DNA of 64,000 nt from Dipteris shenzhenensis (taxonomy: Eukaryota), in the NCBI GenBank assembly GCA_047967505.1, contig CM106538.1; one strand, given 5' to 3'. Positions 12,121 through 25,770 of the stretch are shown piece after piece. The number at the start of each line of letters is the position of its first letter. Position 1 is the stretch's first letter. The notes under the pieces were generated by a model. That model ran no database searches. It was not told where the DNA came from and worked only from the letters and a program-made list of their open reading frames with translations. The position numbers and the translations under genes were made by a program.

Positions 12121-15100
12121 CCTGATGACAATGATGATGATGATGATGATGATAAGATTGATATGTAGTCGACCACTGACATGACTATGTTGTACGCACA
12201 GACTAGAGGATTGTATGTCTCAAGAAGGAAATACCACAAGTAGAGTGGGATCATAATGATATCAGCTGTGTCTCCCAAACAGGAATGCAAGTACAAGTGT
12301 TTTTCAAGGAGAGAGCGAGAAGAATTAAGATTCTTCGACAGACAAACAAGTTGATGTTGGAAATTACCCAATAGAGGGTACGCACAGCGGAAGACTGATA
12401 GTAATGCCCAAGAGCTCACACAGTGTGGTGTGGGGTGTGGAATCACAGACTTCTTAACTTATGTGCATAGATGTGCAAGTCAGTAAATAGACAATGCTTA
12501 GAAACAAATATAGAAGCAACTCTATATATTTCCGTCCGTCCACAAAGTAGGACAGGAAACAATACCAAAAGGTTCTCCTACTAGATGCCAAGCACTTCTA
12601 GATCTCTGAGCCTGCGTGCTCCACCTCGAGCAAATGTAGACTCTCTGCCTAGTGTGTTCTTCTCCACCTTACTGCCTGTGAATCAGCCTAGGTGGGCAGC
12701 CCCTGCCAAGCTTTGTCTGCAGCAATCAGGTCCCCTTGGTCCTCCTGAATGTAGGCTCCAAGATAGCTGCTCCATTGCTCCAAACTGCTTGTGAATGGCT
12801 GCTCTAGAAGATGATGATCTCAGCAACCTTCTGCCCTTGAAGACAGTCTAGGTTCAGCCTCTCCCTGGAGATAAGTCTGCAGCAACACCTCTCTCCTTCA
12901 CTTCCTGCGTAGAGGCCCAAGGATGATGGATATGCTGCTCCTTTCTGCTCCTCCCAAAGCTGCTTGGCTGGATATGAAATGAGGCATGAGCCCTCTCCTT
13001 TTACAGCCCCCCAAGGGGCAGTCATAAAACCGACCAGCCAGCCTCATCCTGGCCGACTAGACTGGCCGACCTGGTTGGCTGGTCCAACCAGCCCTATATA
13101 AGGGCCCTAGCCAGGCCCTTTTGGGCTGCTGCTAGGCTTCCCTTTGTTGCTCCTAGAGACCCTCCTGCAGGCTGTAAACCTGCCCATAGACCCCTGCCAT
13201 GCCGCGCCATGCTGCAGCCCTTTGCCGGCGCCAGTCCTGACCGTACACCTCCGTACTATTGCTGACGTCATTGCGCCTCCTACGTGGGTGACCCCGCCAT
13301 GTCTGCTGTTCCAGATCCACCTCTTCCAGGCCAGATCCTGATGCTGAATGCCTCGCCATCTGCTCCTGTTGTTGGCGCCATCTGTTGCAGCCATCTTGAC
13401 TACGGGTGTGTTCCCTTTGCTTGCTGCAAAATGGCAGCCTGTGTGCTGCCCATGTGGCAGCCCCCTCTCTTTCTGAATAGCACCCACATGGCAGCCAGAA
13501 TGCTGCCCATGTGGTACTCCCTCAAACGCTAGGTTCACCCCCCCCATGCTCTCCTCGTATGGGGGTTTACATATGGGGAGGTGACCTTTCCAACACCCCC
13601 TCTCACTGACACATCTCGGCCCAATGCCAACACGTCGATGACGATGCTCTAGTAACTCCCTGGCCGTAGTCCTCTGGAACATTTCAATGCAAAATCTTTT
13701 CTTGGCTTTTCATCCAGTGGCTCCTGCTCCACCAGGTCTGGTTCCGTTTCCGTACACCATCCTGGTACACAGCTCCATCTCTGGTAGCACCTCACCTCCT
13801 TTAGTCACATTCCTGCCTTCGAACTCGAGCAATCCAGCGGTCATTTGGCAAGGTCTGCAACAAGTGAACATCTCCAGATAACCTGGACCACGAACTTTAA
13901 ACGCACTTGATTGAACCTGCTCCTTCTCGCAAGGGCACTGTCCTCCAGTCGTGGAAGTTGATTCCCAAGAGCTTTTGAATCAGGGTCGTCCTTCAGCAAG
14001 GTCCCTGCCTTCAGGCTCCCACACCTGTGAGCCTCCTACTTGGGCTCTGATACCATGTTAGAACTAACCCAATAGAGGGTACGTACATCGGAAGACTGAT
14101 ACTAATGCCCAGGAGCTCACACAGTGTGCGTGTGGGGTGTGGAATCACAGACTTCTTAACTTATGTGCATAGATGTGCAAGTCAGTAAATAGACAATGCT
14201 CAGAAACAAATATAGAAGCAGCTTTTTATATTTCCGTCTGTCCACAAAGTATGACTGGATACAATACCAAAAGTTTCTCCTACTAGATGCCAAGCACTTC
14301 TAGATCTTTGAGCCCGCATGCTCCACCTCGAGCAAATGTAGACTCTCTGTCTAATGTGTTCTTCTCCACCTTATTGCGTGTGAATCAGCCTAGGTGGGCA
14401 GCCCTTGCCAAGCTTTGTCTGCAGCAATCAGGTCCCCTTGGTCCTCCTGAATGTAGGCTCCAAGATAGCTGCTCCACTGCTCCAAACTGCTTGTGAATGG
14501 CTGCTCTAGAAGATGATGATCTCAGCAACCTTCTGCCCTTGAAGACAGTCTAGGTTCCAGCCTCTCCCTGGAGCTAAGTCTGCAGCAACACCTCTCTCCT
14601 TCACTTCTTGTGTAGAGGCCCAAGGATGGTGGATATGCTGCTCCTTTCTGCTCCTCCCAAAGCTGCTTGGCTGTATATGAAATGAGGCCTGAGCCCTCTC
14701 CTTTTATAGGCCCCCAAGGGGCTGTCATAAATTCAACCAGCCAGCCTCATCCTGGCCGACCAGACTGGCCGACTTGGTTGGCTGGTCCAACCAGCCCTAT
14801 ATAAGGGCCCTAGCCAGGCCCTTTTGGGCTGCTGCTAGGGTGCCCTTTGTTGCGCTTGGAGACCCTCCTGCAGGCTGTAAATCTGCCCATAGACCCCCGC
14901 CATGCTGCGCCATGCTGCAGCCCTTTGCCGGTGCCATGTCCTGCCCGTACACCTCCGTACTATTGCTGATGTCATTGCGCCTCCTACCTGGGTGACCCCG
15001 CCATGTCTGCTGTTCCAGATCCACCTCTTCGAGGCCAGATCCTGATGCTGAATGCCTCACCATCTGCTCCTGTTGTTGGCGCCATCGGTTGCAGCCATCT

Positions 15101-15610
15101 TGACTACGGGTGTGTTCCCTTTGCTTGCTGCCCACATGGCAGCCTGCTGCCCATGTGGTACTCCCTCAAACCCTAGGTTCACCCCCCCCATGCTCTCCTC
15201 GTATGGGGGCTTACAGATGGGGAGGTGACCTTTCCAACAGTTGAAGGGCACAAGGATTTGGATCTCTGAGGATTTCACCTTAACTCAGCTCAAGCAGAGG
15301 AGTGTCGAGCTCACCAAAATGAAGGATGCACGTAAAGCTGGAAAATGGCCTGTATATCGAGATGCAACAACACTACTTAGAGATTTCAAATCTAAACCTA
15401 AAGACTCTCAATCTTAAACTGATGTTATGAAGGCCACTTCTATTAGTTTTATGGTCCTAGTATGTATCGGTGTGATATAATAATCGAGTTGAGATGCGAT
15501 GTGTACTCCTCGACCCTCTGGCTTATCCAGATGTTGTAAGTCTTTTTGACATTTTGAACGTTGTCCCATAGACCCGTGAGGTCTCTTGCGAGCGTTAATA
15601 TGACTTTCTT
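12121..15610 (+). mobile_element. ORF1-only retroposon copy (5'-truncated) split by an LTR element
   Basis: ..LRILRQTNKL (to 12354) resumes as KGTRIWISEDFT..ARKAGKWPVYRD..RDFKSKPKDSQS* after 15244; 3' stem-loop 15563-15599. Confidence 0.85.
12355..15239 (-). mobile_element. Non-autonomous LTR element (large TRIM/LARD-like): LTRs 12355-13595 and 14056-15239, 460-bp internal region
   Basis: Both LTRs are TG..CA; 5-bp TSD GTTGA (12350-12354, 15240-15244); iMet PBS (gctctgatacca, 14044-14055); PPT (ccccctctcact, 13596-13607). Confidence 0.95.
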
Positions 15611-15641
15611 TCTTTTTGTTCTCCTCTTCCTACCTCTTCTT

Positions 15642-15692
<51 letters not shown>

Positions 15693-15721
15693 CCCGTGAG
15701 GCCTTCCGTGGACGTTATTAC

Positions 15722-16160
15722 CTCTCTCTCGACCCTCTCGCTACCTCTGCTACCCCCCCCCACTACCTCTGCTAACCCCCCCCACTACCCCCTCCGCTAC
15801 CCCTACTAGCCCCCCGCTACCCCCTCGCTAACCCCCTCCGCTACCTACCCCCCCGCTACCCCCTCCGCTAACCCCCACGCTACCTTGCCACCCCCTGCTA
15901 CCCTTCTCGCTAACCCCCCCGCTACCTCGCTACCCCCCCGCTACCTCGCTATCCTCTCGCTACCCCCCCCCCCCGCCACCTCGCTACCCCCCTGCTACCT
16001 CACTTACTTACCACCCCCCCCCCCCCCCCCGCTACCCCTCTCGCTACCCCCTCCGCTACCCCTCTCTACCCCCCACTACTCCCTACGCTAACCCCCCCCG
16101 CTACCCCTCTCTACCCCCCGCTACCCCCTCCGCTAACCCCTCGCTACCCCTCCTTTCCCC
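15722..16160 (+). repeat. Degenerate (CGCTACCCCC)n tandem repeat at the LINE 5' end
   Basis: Direct reading of the sequence. Confidence 0.9.
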
Positions 16161-16397
16161 CCCCAGGGGCGGGGGGGAAAAAAAAAAGGGGGGGGGGGGA
16201 AGCAGCTTCGACCTCCTGCAGTCCCTTCTTTGCCCCCATAATGAAAGGAACAGGGGGATGAGGACAAGAGACTAGGCGGGAGACCCCTCGATCCAAATCT
16301 GCATACGCGTGGAGATGGGGAAGGGGAACGATGACAAGGCGAAAACAAAAAGCAACTCAATCTGGAGGACTTCAACAAACGCAGCAATCGGAGTGGT

Positions 16398-17561
16398 TTG
16401 ACAGTGGACAGCAATGCGGCCCAGAAGAAAGGGGCCCACCCAAAGCCCATGCCGCTCACCACATCCTCGACCTCTATGGTTACCACCACTATTTCACCAC
16501 CATCATCCGCCTCATCATCTACGTCACCTCTCTCCTCCCCCTCTCTTGCATCATCATCACAGGTCTCCTCTCCAGTAGCCTCACCACTGGCCCCATTAGC
16601 CACGGCTCCACAGTACTTTCCCCTCGTATCACCTCTACCTCTCAGTCAACCACCCTTCATCACCTCGTCCGACCTCGCTACTCCTACATATCACTCCCCC
16701 GCCCAGATCATACTGTCCCCACCCTCAGTACAACCTCAGCAGCCCACCTTCATTCCAACCCCTCTCGAGATCCAGTTCCCACCTGGACCAGGACATCTTA
16801 GGCCCCTGCCAGATGCTTGGGACTCCCTATTGGCTGAGATACACAGCATCCGGGCCCGTCAGGTAGAGCTGACACATTACACCAAGGAGCAGGCCCGATA
16901 CACCCACCAGGAGCAAGCCGGCATTATACACGAGCAGGGCACCCTTATCCAAGGACTCAGACACAACATCACACAGCTTCGAGAGGAGCTCGGGACCCTC
17001 AGAGCAGCGCCTGGAGGGACCCCAGTCATAGAGATGGAGGCACAAATAGCCACGATACAGTCGGCTATAGCAGAGACGATTAGATGGGCGAACGTGGCAA
17101 AACGGGAGCCCGCAAAGGCAACCGTTTCAGCCGCCATACAGGAGCAGCAGTAGAGGGCTTCAAAGGCCCTCAACATCCAGATACGAGGGATCACACGAGA
17201 TAGCACCAGCACCACTACGACGCCCATGCATGAGGCGATTACCTTTGTGACCACCACCATGGGGGTCCCCGACCATGGCATAGAGGGAGCATGGCGTGTT
17301 GGGAGAGATCCCAACCGAGAGCAGCCCCTAGTCATTCGGTTCAGAGATTCACATGCTCGTCTAGCGACACTCCAATGCCGAGCCTCTCTACGAGAGCATC
17401 CCACCCTGTCCATGGACGAGGACTTGACACCACTACAGATTGAGGAGCGACGAGTTCTTTTGCAACAGCAGGATGTTGCCCGTAAGGAGGGGAAATGGGC
17501 TGCGGTCCGACATGGTAGGTTGTTGACTGGCACCCGTCGAGCTCCCACCCGTACCCCCTAG
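16398..17561 (+). pseudogene. LINE ORF1 (Pro/Ser-rich N-terminus, coiled coil, RRM-like and C-terminal domain); one in-frame TAG at 17151
   Basis: ORFs 16398..17153 and 17226..17561 share a frame; LNIQIRGI, PLVIRF, LSMDEDLTPLQ, ARKEGKWA motifs. Confidence 0.85.
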
Positions 17562-20500
17562 GGGGACGGGGCCTATGAGACTCAGGTTTTTGAGACCCTA
17601 GACTGCACCATTTGGAACTGTAATGGCACCTTATGGTCAGAGCTAGGAAACTTCTCGGAGTCTTATACAAGACGAGACATAGTCTTTTACACGGAGACAC
17701 ACCAGAGCCCAGAGCGTCCACTACCGATAGTCAGTGGCTACACATGGGAGTCAGCCTTCAGGGATGAGACGAGGGATACAGGAGGAGTCCGAGGATCTGG
17801 CGGGGTCGCAGTATTGTACAGGTCTTCCCTCACTGGAGCTATCTCCATCGAGAGGAAGGACGCACACTCCCGATTCATGTGGGTCCGGATCCGACGCACA
17901 GACACCCTTGACCTTTTCATAGCAATATGCTACTTCCCGCCAGACACATCCCACTTCGCCAGAGTGGCATGAGAAGAGGGTGAAACATCTCCATATGCAC
18001 CCTTACATCAGGATATCCCAGACCTTTCGGCCCGCGGGGAAGTTGTCCTTGTTGGGGACTTCAACGCCAGGACGAGTACGTGACAAGCACCACTCCTGGA
18101 CTTCTGAGACGACTCTATCATGCTTCCAGACATGGACCTAGACGGAGCAGGTATGACTAGGACCTCATTGGACCGATACGGGCGTGTTACACCATATGGA
18201 CACGCGCTCCTTGATTTGGGCAGGATGCATGATCTCATCATCTACAACGGGCTCGACCTATGGCCCTCCTCAAGTGGTTTTACTTGCTTCCCACACGGGG
18301 GGGGCACTAGTGTAGTAGATTACATCATGGGATCCCCTACCTTCACTTCATGTATCACCGACTTCACCGTAGCACCACTTCCTCCAAGAGCTGATCACAC
18401 ATACCTATTCTTCACTATCGCCACCCCATGCTTAGCCACACCACACACACCACATAGGAAGCACGACACCTACCACGACATACACTTTGATCACAGCCTC
18501 TCACTGGCCTACTTTGCGCGCCTAAACAGACTCCTAACCTACATCGATCACATACCACTCATAGAGGACCGTGCTGCCCTGATTAGTCGCACACTCCACG
18601 AGGCTGCCCTCCAAATCTTTCCCCACACCACACAGTCCACTAGACCACCACCTCTTGGTTCTGTACCCTGCAACAATTGGTATGATGTGGAGTACAAGGC
18701 TTATCGCCGACAGCTCCGACTTGAAATCAGATGTCACCTCCTGAACACACCAGACACGGTACGCAAGTACCGATGTCTCATACGTCGAAAGAAGCAGGCT
18801 TTTCTTCGTCAAAATGAGGAGGAGCTGCTGCACATCTTGTACAGCAACAACTCTAAGGATTTTTGGCGGAGATTCCTCGAGCGTAGGTCCCCATCACCCC
18901 TCACCGACACGAGAGTCTAGCACACGTATGCACACCATCTATATGATGTCCCACATCAGCCCACTCCAGACCTCATACACACACCTCGTCCCACCACTTG
19001 CACGTTGTTCACCAGAGGGGGAGTCAAGGACGCGACATTGAAACTGCACAATGGCCAAGCTAAGGATCACGAGGGGCTATGCACTGAGTTTATCGCATAT
19101 GGGATCGACACGTTAGCCCCGATCCTAGCAAAGCTATTCAATGACGCTGTTTGCCTTGGCTTCCCCCGCACTTGGACACTCAACACCATCACCCCCATCC
19201 ACAAGGTAGGGGATCCCATGTACCCGAGTAACTATAGGACTATCATGATTGGACATGTGATGTCCAAGATCTATGCAGCTGTATTGGATGCATCGGTCAG
19301 CCTGTTCGCAGAGATGAGAGGGCTCAGAGCAGAGGGTCACGCCAGTTTCAGGCGAGACCATGGGACTATGGATCACATACTCACACTCAGGAGTGTCATT
19401 GAGGAGGCCAGATCACTGGAAGGAGAGGATATACTGTTGCTTTGTGGATTTCCGCAAAGCCTTTGACACAGTACCTCGAGCTCGTCTTATCACACGCCTA
19501 CAGACACTGGGATTTGATCAGGAGATCATCTGGGCAGTCATGGCACTGTATGAGAGAGTCTCAGGCTGAGTTTGTACAGGTGCAGGTTGGACAGATGAGA
19601 TCCTGAGTACCATAGGGGTCAAACAGGGTTGTCCCTTATCACCGACCCTGTTTGGCCTCTACATCGATGAGCTTGAGACTCTCATGGGGACGTTCGGAGG
19701 GACCGGTTACTCACTTGCCGGGATCATCATCAGGATTCTTCTTTATGCAGATGATGTGGCACTCTTGTCGTCCACACCCGAGGGGCTCCAGCGACACCTG
19801 GATGCACTGCATGCTTTTTGTTTATCCCATGATTTGGAGGTCAACCCTGGCAAGACCAAGGTCATGATCTTTAACACCTCTCGAGCAAACATGCAACGAA
19901 AACAGTTTACTTTTACTTTGGGTGGGTCACCAGTTGAGATCATATCCTCATACAGTTACTTGGGGGTCATCTTCTCCGGCCCGATCTTCACGATGAGACC
20001 AGCTATGCAGGCTAGACTGAGCAGGGGATACGCCTCACTGGCTCGGCTAGAGAGACAGTGCTTTCACTCCCACTTCCAGGACCCTCGGACCAAGGCTCTT
20101 CTCTTCGACTCCTTGGTCCGACCAGCCGGTATGTATGGCAGCCCTTGTTGGGGGCCTGACATGTCAGAGATAGAGTGGACACGGGTGAAGCGCTTGCAGA
20201 TCCTCATGCTCTCACGGATGATCCGAGGGTAACCGTCTGTACCACATCACATCATTCAGGCCGAGTTTGGTGCCTATCCACTCTAGCTAGATGGAGCCTT
20301 TCAGACCATCACATATCTACACCGGGTTAGATCATATGGGGACTGCACATCAGGGAGACAGAGGTTGCCATGGTTGGCTCTCGATTCCTCCATGAGGTTG
20401 GCAGCAGAGGGAGACGAGCGATGCTGGTATGCACGGACTCACAGATGGTTTGTGAGACTAGGGTTCCACATCGATAGGATACCTCCTTTTCAGTACAGTT

Positions 20501-21337
20501 TAGATGCCCCTCCGGTACTCCCACCCACCATCCCAATTGGGCCACATACCAACTAGGTCATTCGAGAGGATCTCCTGCAGCTACACACCTTTAGGATCTG
20601 GTTGGAGCCGAGGGAGCTTCCAGTGAAGCTGAATTTCTACAGAGATTACTGTCTTCGCATTTCGGAGGAGGGATTCATCACACCACCGGGGTACACTGAG
20701 CTTCATATGCCTCACTCACTACGGATCTCCATCGGACAGTTTCGGGTATCATCACACCGCTTCCGCATAGAGAGCGGCAGAGCAGAGGGGATTCCTAGGA
20801 AGCATCGCTCATGCATATTGTGCGACTGTCAGGAGGTTGAGTTGGAGGAGCATTTTATTTTCAGGTGCCCAGTGTACTACGAGATCCGAGGTCGCTACCA
20901 CTGCCTCAGACGGCTCCGGGCTCCTTTCCAGATTCCTCGCCTACCCAGATCAGAGATGCCTCGCGGCCTTCATTCACGAGGGAATTCGACATAGAGAGTA
21001 CTTACTCAGGCGACGGGGCTTGGCCACATCATCAGATACCTCTCAGAGCAGGATCACAGAGTTCTTCCCATTGAGTGACATTGATCGTCCAGTCTCTAGC
21101 CGCCGATGTGACAGAGACCCCGACCCGACGATCGCAGCACGACACACGAGACATCGAGGGGACACACAGATCACTCTGGGGGACCTCCCGTCATTGTTTA
21201 GACCCGGGATACGTCCCACGGGAGTCACGGTGGCTCTGGTCTTGTGTCGAGCCTCGTCCATGAGACCGAGACGCACGGCACCCCTTGACGGGCACCAACG
21301 TCCCATCACCGGCTATGCACCAGCCAGGGAGACATGA
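17562..21337 (+). pseudogene. LINE ORF2 (APE endonuclease, reverse transcriptase, C-terminal Cys/His motif) with stops and frameshifts
   Basis: IWNCNG, YTET, VGDFNAR, SVVDYI, ADH (APE); NYRTI, FVDFRKAFD, GVKQGCPLSP, LLYADD, YSYLG (RT); CILC..EEHFIFRC. Confidence 0.92.
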
Positions 21338-21589
21338 CATACGGAGGATTCCGCTCTGCTCCAGCCCTTTTCTTTTCATTGTTACATCCAGATGTATTTG
21401 ATTATGTATGATCAGACTTAGGATTCAGCACGGGTGATGATGCTCGTTTCAGTAGCTCCACCCTTACTGTGATTTGTATCAGGTTTTCTTTCAGTCTCAT
21501 AGACCCATCGGTCTTCCGAAGACTCTAATAAAATTTCTTTCTTTCTTTTTTCATCCCTTTTCCTTCTTGCTCCCCCCCAATATATGTGT

Positions 21590-21740
21590 GTTTTATCTAG
21601 GTTATCAAGAAGGTACTTTAATTAAAGTGGAGCTGCCTTTGCAGTCCTGGGAGCTGCCCTGTGCCCTCCCTAAGCTGATGTACTAGATGGTTTTCTTGTT
21701 GTCCCATAGAACTCTTGGTCTCCCGTGGACGTTAATAGCC
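21590..21740 (+). mobile_element. Tail-only copy of the ORF1-only retroposon 3' UTR
   Basis: gggagctgccctgtgccctccctaagctgatgtactagatgg..gtcccatagaactcttggtctcccgtggacgttaat matches 2870-2957 and 61365-61450. Confidence 0.75.
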
Positions 21741-21989
21741 TCAGCTATGCCAACTTTGCTTCCGTTGCTCTCCCTGTTCCCTTTTCACATTAGTCAAGTA
21801 GTTCAACAGATAGACTGGAAGGCTTTCTTGGTATTCTCGTTCTGGTCATGATAGACGTGCAGAGAAGTGTATCTAGCGCTGCAAATGCATTCTCGTGGCT
21901 GCTCTAATTGAGCCTTACATAGCCAGCCTTGCCATCTCATTCTGGCACCTTCGCTTTGCCCCCCCAATCAAATAAAATTCTTGCTAGCA

Positions 21990-24900
21990 AAGTACCAGAT
22001 GAATATCAACGACCATCCCAACTGAGTGCAGCGCCCAACAGTTCATATTTAGGAGATTCATTTGGCATTTTGGTGAGATAGCTGCAGCCCTACATGATCT
22101 TACCACGAAGAAGGTCAAGTTTAGATGCACTTTTAAAGAGAAAGAAGCGCTTACAAAAACTGAAACATGCTTTAACCACAAGACCAGTTTTCATCATTCT
22201 TGACTTACATAAACTCTTCTTGGTAGTAGTCGACGCTAGTGGTAAGTGCATTGGAGCTGCTTTAACTCAAGATGCTCATGCAGTAGCCTATGAAAGTAGA
22301 AGGCTGAAATGTGTGGCTCGAGCATCAGATAACCCGGGCAGCGTTAGCTATCTAGAGGCTTGGTCTGTGGGGATAGTGGCACACGGGCGTGGCGTTGAGT
22401 AGGTCTGTGGCACCGGTAGCGCTAAAGTTGGATTGCTGAAGTCGTAGATCCAGTACAGCCCTGAGCTCAACAATTACCCCGTCGGTAGTGGAGTCCTCGC
22501 GCAGCTCTATTGATCAGCACCATGTACGTAGACATCCGACACCTCCCTGAAGGCTGGCAAGACACCCTAGAACCATCAACAGCTCAGCGAAACTCTCCTC
22601 ACAAAATCCAACAATTGCTCGCCAGAGAGCCAAATAGATTCAAGCTGTGTTAGGGCATCGCCGATGTAACCTATCGTTGTGATGGTTCGCCCCTATTAGT
22701 CTCTTGATTTTTGCGCCTTTGTTGACTCTGGTCCAATCGTCGTAGTTGTAGTGAGTCGGTTGGGCGTTTAATCTTGCGTTCAGTATGCTTATAGGCTAGA
22801 TTGGTGCTTGCTTGCGCTAAGGGGAATGTTGTTGAGGCAAGTGCAGTGGCAGTGCCCAATGGTGGGGATGTCATATAAATGACATTTTTTATCGTCTGTG
22901 AGGATGTACGATTTTCAGCTGCATAGACCTTTACAGAGGCTATCATCAAATTCGAGTAACATCTTAAAATATTCATGAAACTGCATTTCGAACAATTTTC
23001 AGACTTCATGAGTATCTAGTAATGCCTTTTAACCTTACTAAAGCTCCAGCCACCTTCAATAGGCTGATGGAACGATTATTCAGAAATTAACGAGAATTCA
23101 CAAGCCTTTTCTTCGATGGCATTTTTACTTTCGATAGGAATGAGGAGGAATAAAGAGAGCATTTAAAAAATGTGTTTAAAATCTTATTTAAAAATGCCCT
23201 TCTAATCCCTTCTAATTAATGAAAAGAAGAGAGAATTCTTCCTAATAGAAATCCAATACCTAGGCCATATTATGTCCACACATGGTATCCGAGTGGATCC
23301 ATCTAAGATACAAGCACTTGTGAAATGGCCCAATCTCAAGACTCCTCATGAGGTAAGATCATTCCTTGTCTATGCTCATATATATCTACATGAAACCAGG
23401 AACATGCCCAAACTCATCCTTTGAAAAAACGACGTGGTGTGCAATTTCAATCTCATGATAGTCACTCATAAGATTGAAAACCATAAACTCCATCATGCAT
23501 AGCAAGGACTAGCTAATAAGGGAATGGTTTTTGATGGTCTGCTTATTCAAGGCTCTAAGTCCTTTACATCCTAAAAGATCCATCTTTCTTAAGGACTGGC
23601 AAGATAGGAGAGCGAACTGGGGAACTACTAGATTTGGACCACCAAAAATTCTTGAACTTGGTTGACGTTCTCATCTTGTTGGGTTGGACTAACTTGATAT
23701 GGAGGCCTATTGGGTGGAGAACATCCGGAAACTAAGTCAACCTTGTGGTCTTCAGGCCTTTCTGGTGAAAGCTAACTAGGCAACTCTTGTGAGAAACAAT
23801 TTGAAAATTCTTTAAGGAAGTTTGGCCTTTCTTGACTCTTCCTTCAGCCTTTCTTGACTAAGTGTACTTGTAGAAATCTCTTTTGGAACTTCCTTTTCAA
23901 CAACTAAATAAGAAAAGAACATATTCCTTTTCTAACGATTGCTGAGATTGTGAATGGCATACCATAAGGATAGTATCCTGTGAAACTCGTGCTGAAATGG
24001 TTACATCTCGACCTTGGTATGGGAGCGACTTCTACACCCATACAAATGCTAGGCATATATTTATGATTTTTTTGTTGATAATTGAATTTCCTCTTCACTT
24101 GAAAAAGTAAACTTTGACTTGATGTTATTGAATAGCATAAAGTTTCTTTTAATGATTTAATAATTGAATTCAAAGATGTTTTTCTGTTTGATTTGCCTGA
24201 TGGTTTACCTCCTGAGAGAGAAATAGATCATAAAATAGATATATTTCCAAGATCTCACCCTATTTGTAAATCCCTTTTTAGACTTAGTCAAACAGAAGAA
24301 CGTGTAGAAGATAGCTGGCTGAATATCTTAGAAAAGGTAAAATTCAAACAAGTAGCTTACCTTGGTGGTCTACCTTGGTGATCATCAATTTTATTGGTAA
24401 AGGAAAAGGATGGTAGGATGTGCTTATGCATTTGGAAAAAAATAACACTACGAAATGAATGTCTTATGTCTCGCATTGATGAGCTCTTTGATCAATTGCA
24501 AGCGGCTAAATTTTTTACTAATATTGATTTAAGATCTACATGTCACCAAGTATGAAGTAGAGATGTACCAAAAACTTCTCTTCATACTAGATATGGGCGT
24601 TATCAATTTAAACTAATGAAATTTGGTTTAAGAAATGCTCCAACAACATTTATGACACTTATGGATAGTATCTTAAGGCCAATTTGTTGTAGTGTTCCTA
24701 GATGATATCCTTATCTATAGTAAAACAACAAAGAAGCATATGAAACATTTGAGAAAAGTATATCATATCCCAAGAAGGGATTCGTATGTATACTGAACGA
24801 TAAGGGTCATCTTAGAATGGCTACATCCAAAAACTTAGAAGTATGTTATAGAAGGTTCATTTAAGAATATGCTAAAATAGCTGTTTTGATGACAAATTAG

Positions 24901-25770
24901 CTTATAGGAAGGGAAGTACCTTCATCTGGGATGAGTCTTAAAGAAAGAGTAAATGCAGCCTCTGTCTTAAAGGTAGTGGATCCCAATGAAACATTCGTGG
25001 TTGAAATAGATGCTTACAAAGAGATCGACCAATAGCTTTTAAATAGAAGAAGCTAGATCACACTCAAGGTAACTACTTAGCATAAGAGAAGGAACTATAT
25101 GCTATAGTTATGCATTAAAGAAATGGAGGCACCATTTGTGTGCTAAATTTGAGATCGTCTTTGATCAAGAAAGTATCAAATGGTTTTGCAATTAGTTAGA
25201 ACTTCAAGGGGAAAAAGCTAGATGAGCTGAATTAATGGAAGAATTTAATATTCAATTGACATATCAGAAGGGAAATTCAATGTGGTACAGATTCTATAAG
25301 TCGAATGCCAATCATTAATGAATTGAGGTTTACTCAATTTCAAAATGTTTTCCTATGATCCTCACTTTTCTGAAATATGGAAACAATTATTGAGAGGGAT
25401 CTGACAAGTCAAGGAGCTTTCATTGAGAAGGCACATGGTAAATGTGACACACCACAGGTTGGTTATAAGGATCAACTGACTTTTTTTAAACTATTGGGAA
25501 TGGGTAGCTGCTCTACAAAGGTAGAGTAAGTGTCCCGAATTATAATCGAATAAGGCATTGAAATATTTTTGAGTGTCATGATAGTGCTAGTGTAGGACAC
25601 ATAGGATAGGACACATAGGAATTCGGAAGACGTATGCACTTCTGAAATGACAAATCTTTTGGCTTGGAATAAATAAGGACTTCCAAGATGATGTATTGAA
25701 GTGTCGAAAATACCAATTCTATAAAGCTGAATGTCTTAGGTAGGCGGTCTACTACAAGAGTCATATGATA
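21990..25770. pseudogene. Highly degraded, rearranged Ty3/gypsy pol fragments (RT, RNase H)
   Basis: VVVDASGKCIGAALTQ..AVAYESRRLK (22094..); [13 protein letters not shown] (about 23010-23080); LPDGLPPEREIDHKIDI (24193..); [20 protein letters not shown] (about 24625-24720); an antisense piece at about 23600-23900. Confidence 0.75.

Larger units (their letters stand above)
15722..21550 (+). mobile_element. Near full-length RTEX-like non-LTR retrotransposon (inactivated)
   Basis: 5' (GCTACCCC)n region, ORF1, APE-RT-CCHC ORF2, 3' stem-loop and (TTTC)n tail. The clade call rests on architecture and the C-x2-C..EEHFIFRC motif; no phylogeny was run. Confidence 0.85.

Noticed and set aside
12585-15278. 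Duplicated short ORFs as tandem genes
   Set aside because: They come from the two LTR copies and have no recognisable domains.
21430-21530. Hammerhead ribozyme or snoRNA in the LINE 3' UTR (TGATGA/CTGA/GAAA-like words)
   Set aside because: Core motifs are not correctly arranged or conserved among copies; only the terminal stem-loop is supported.
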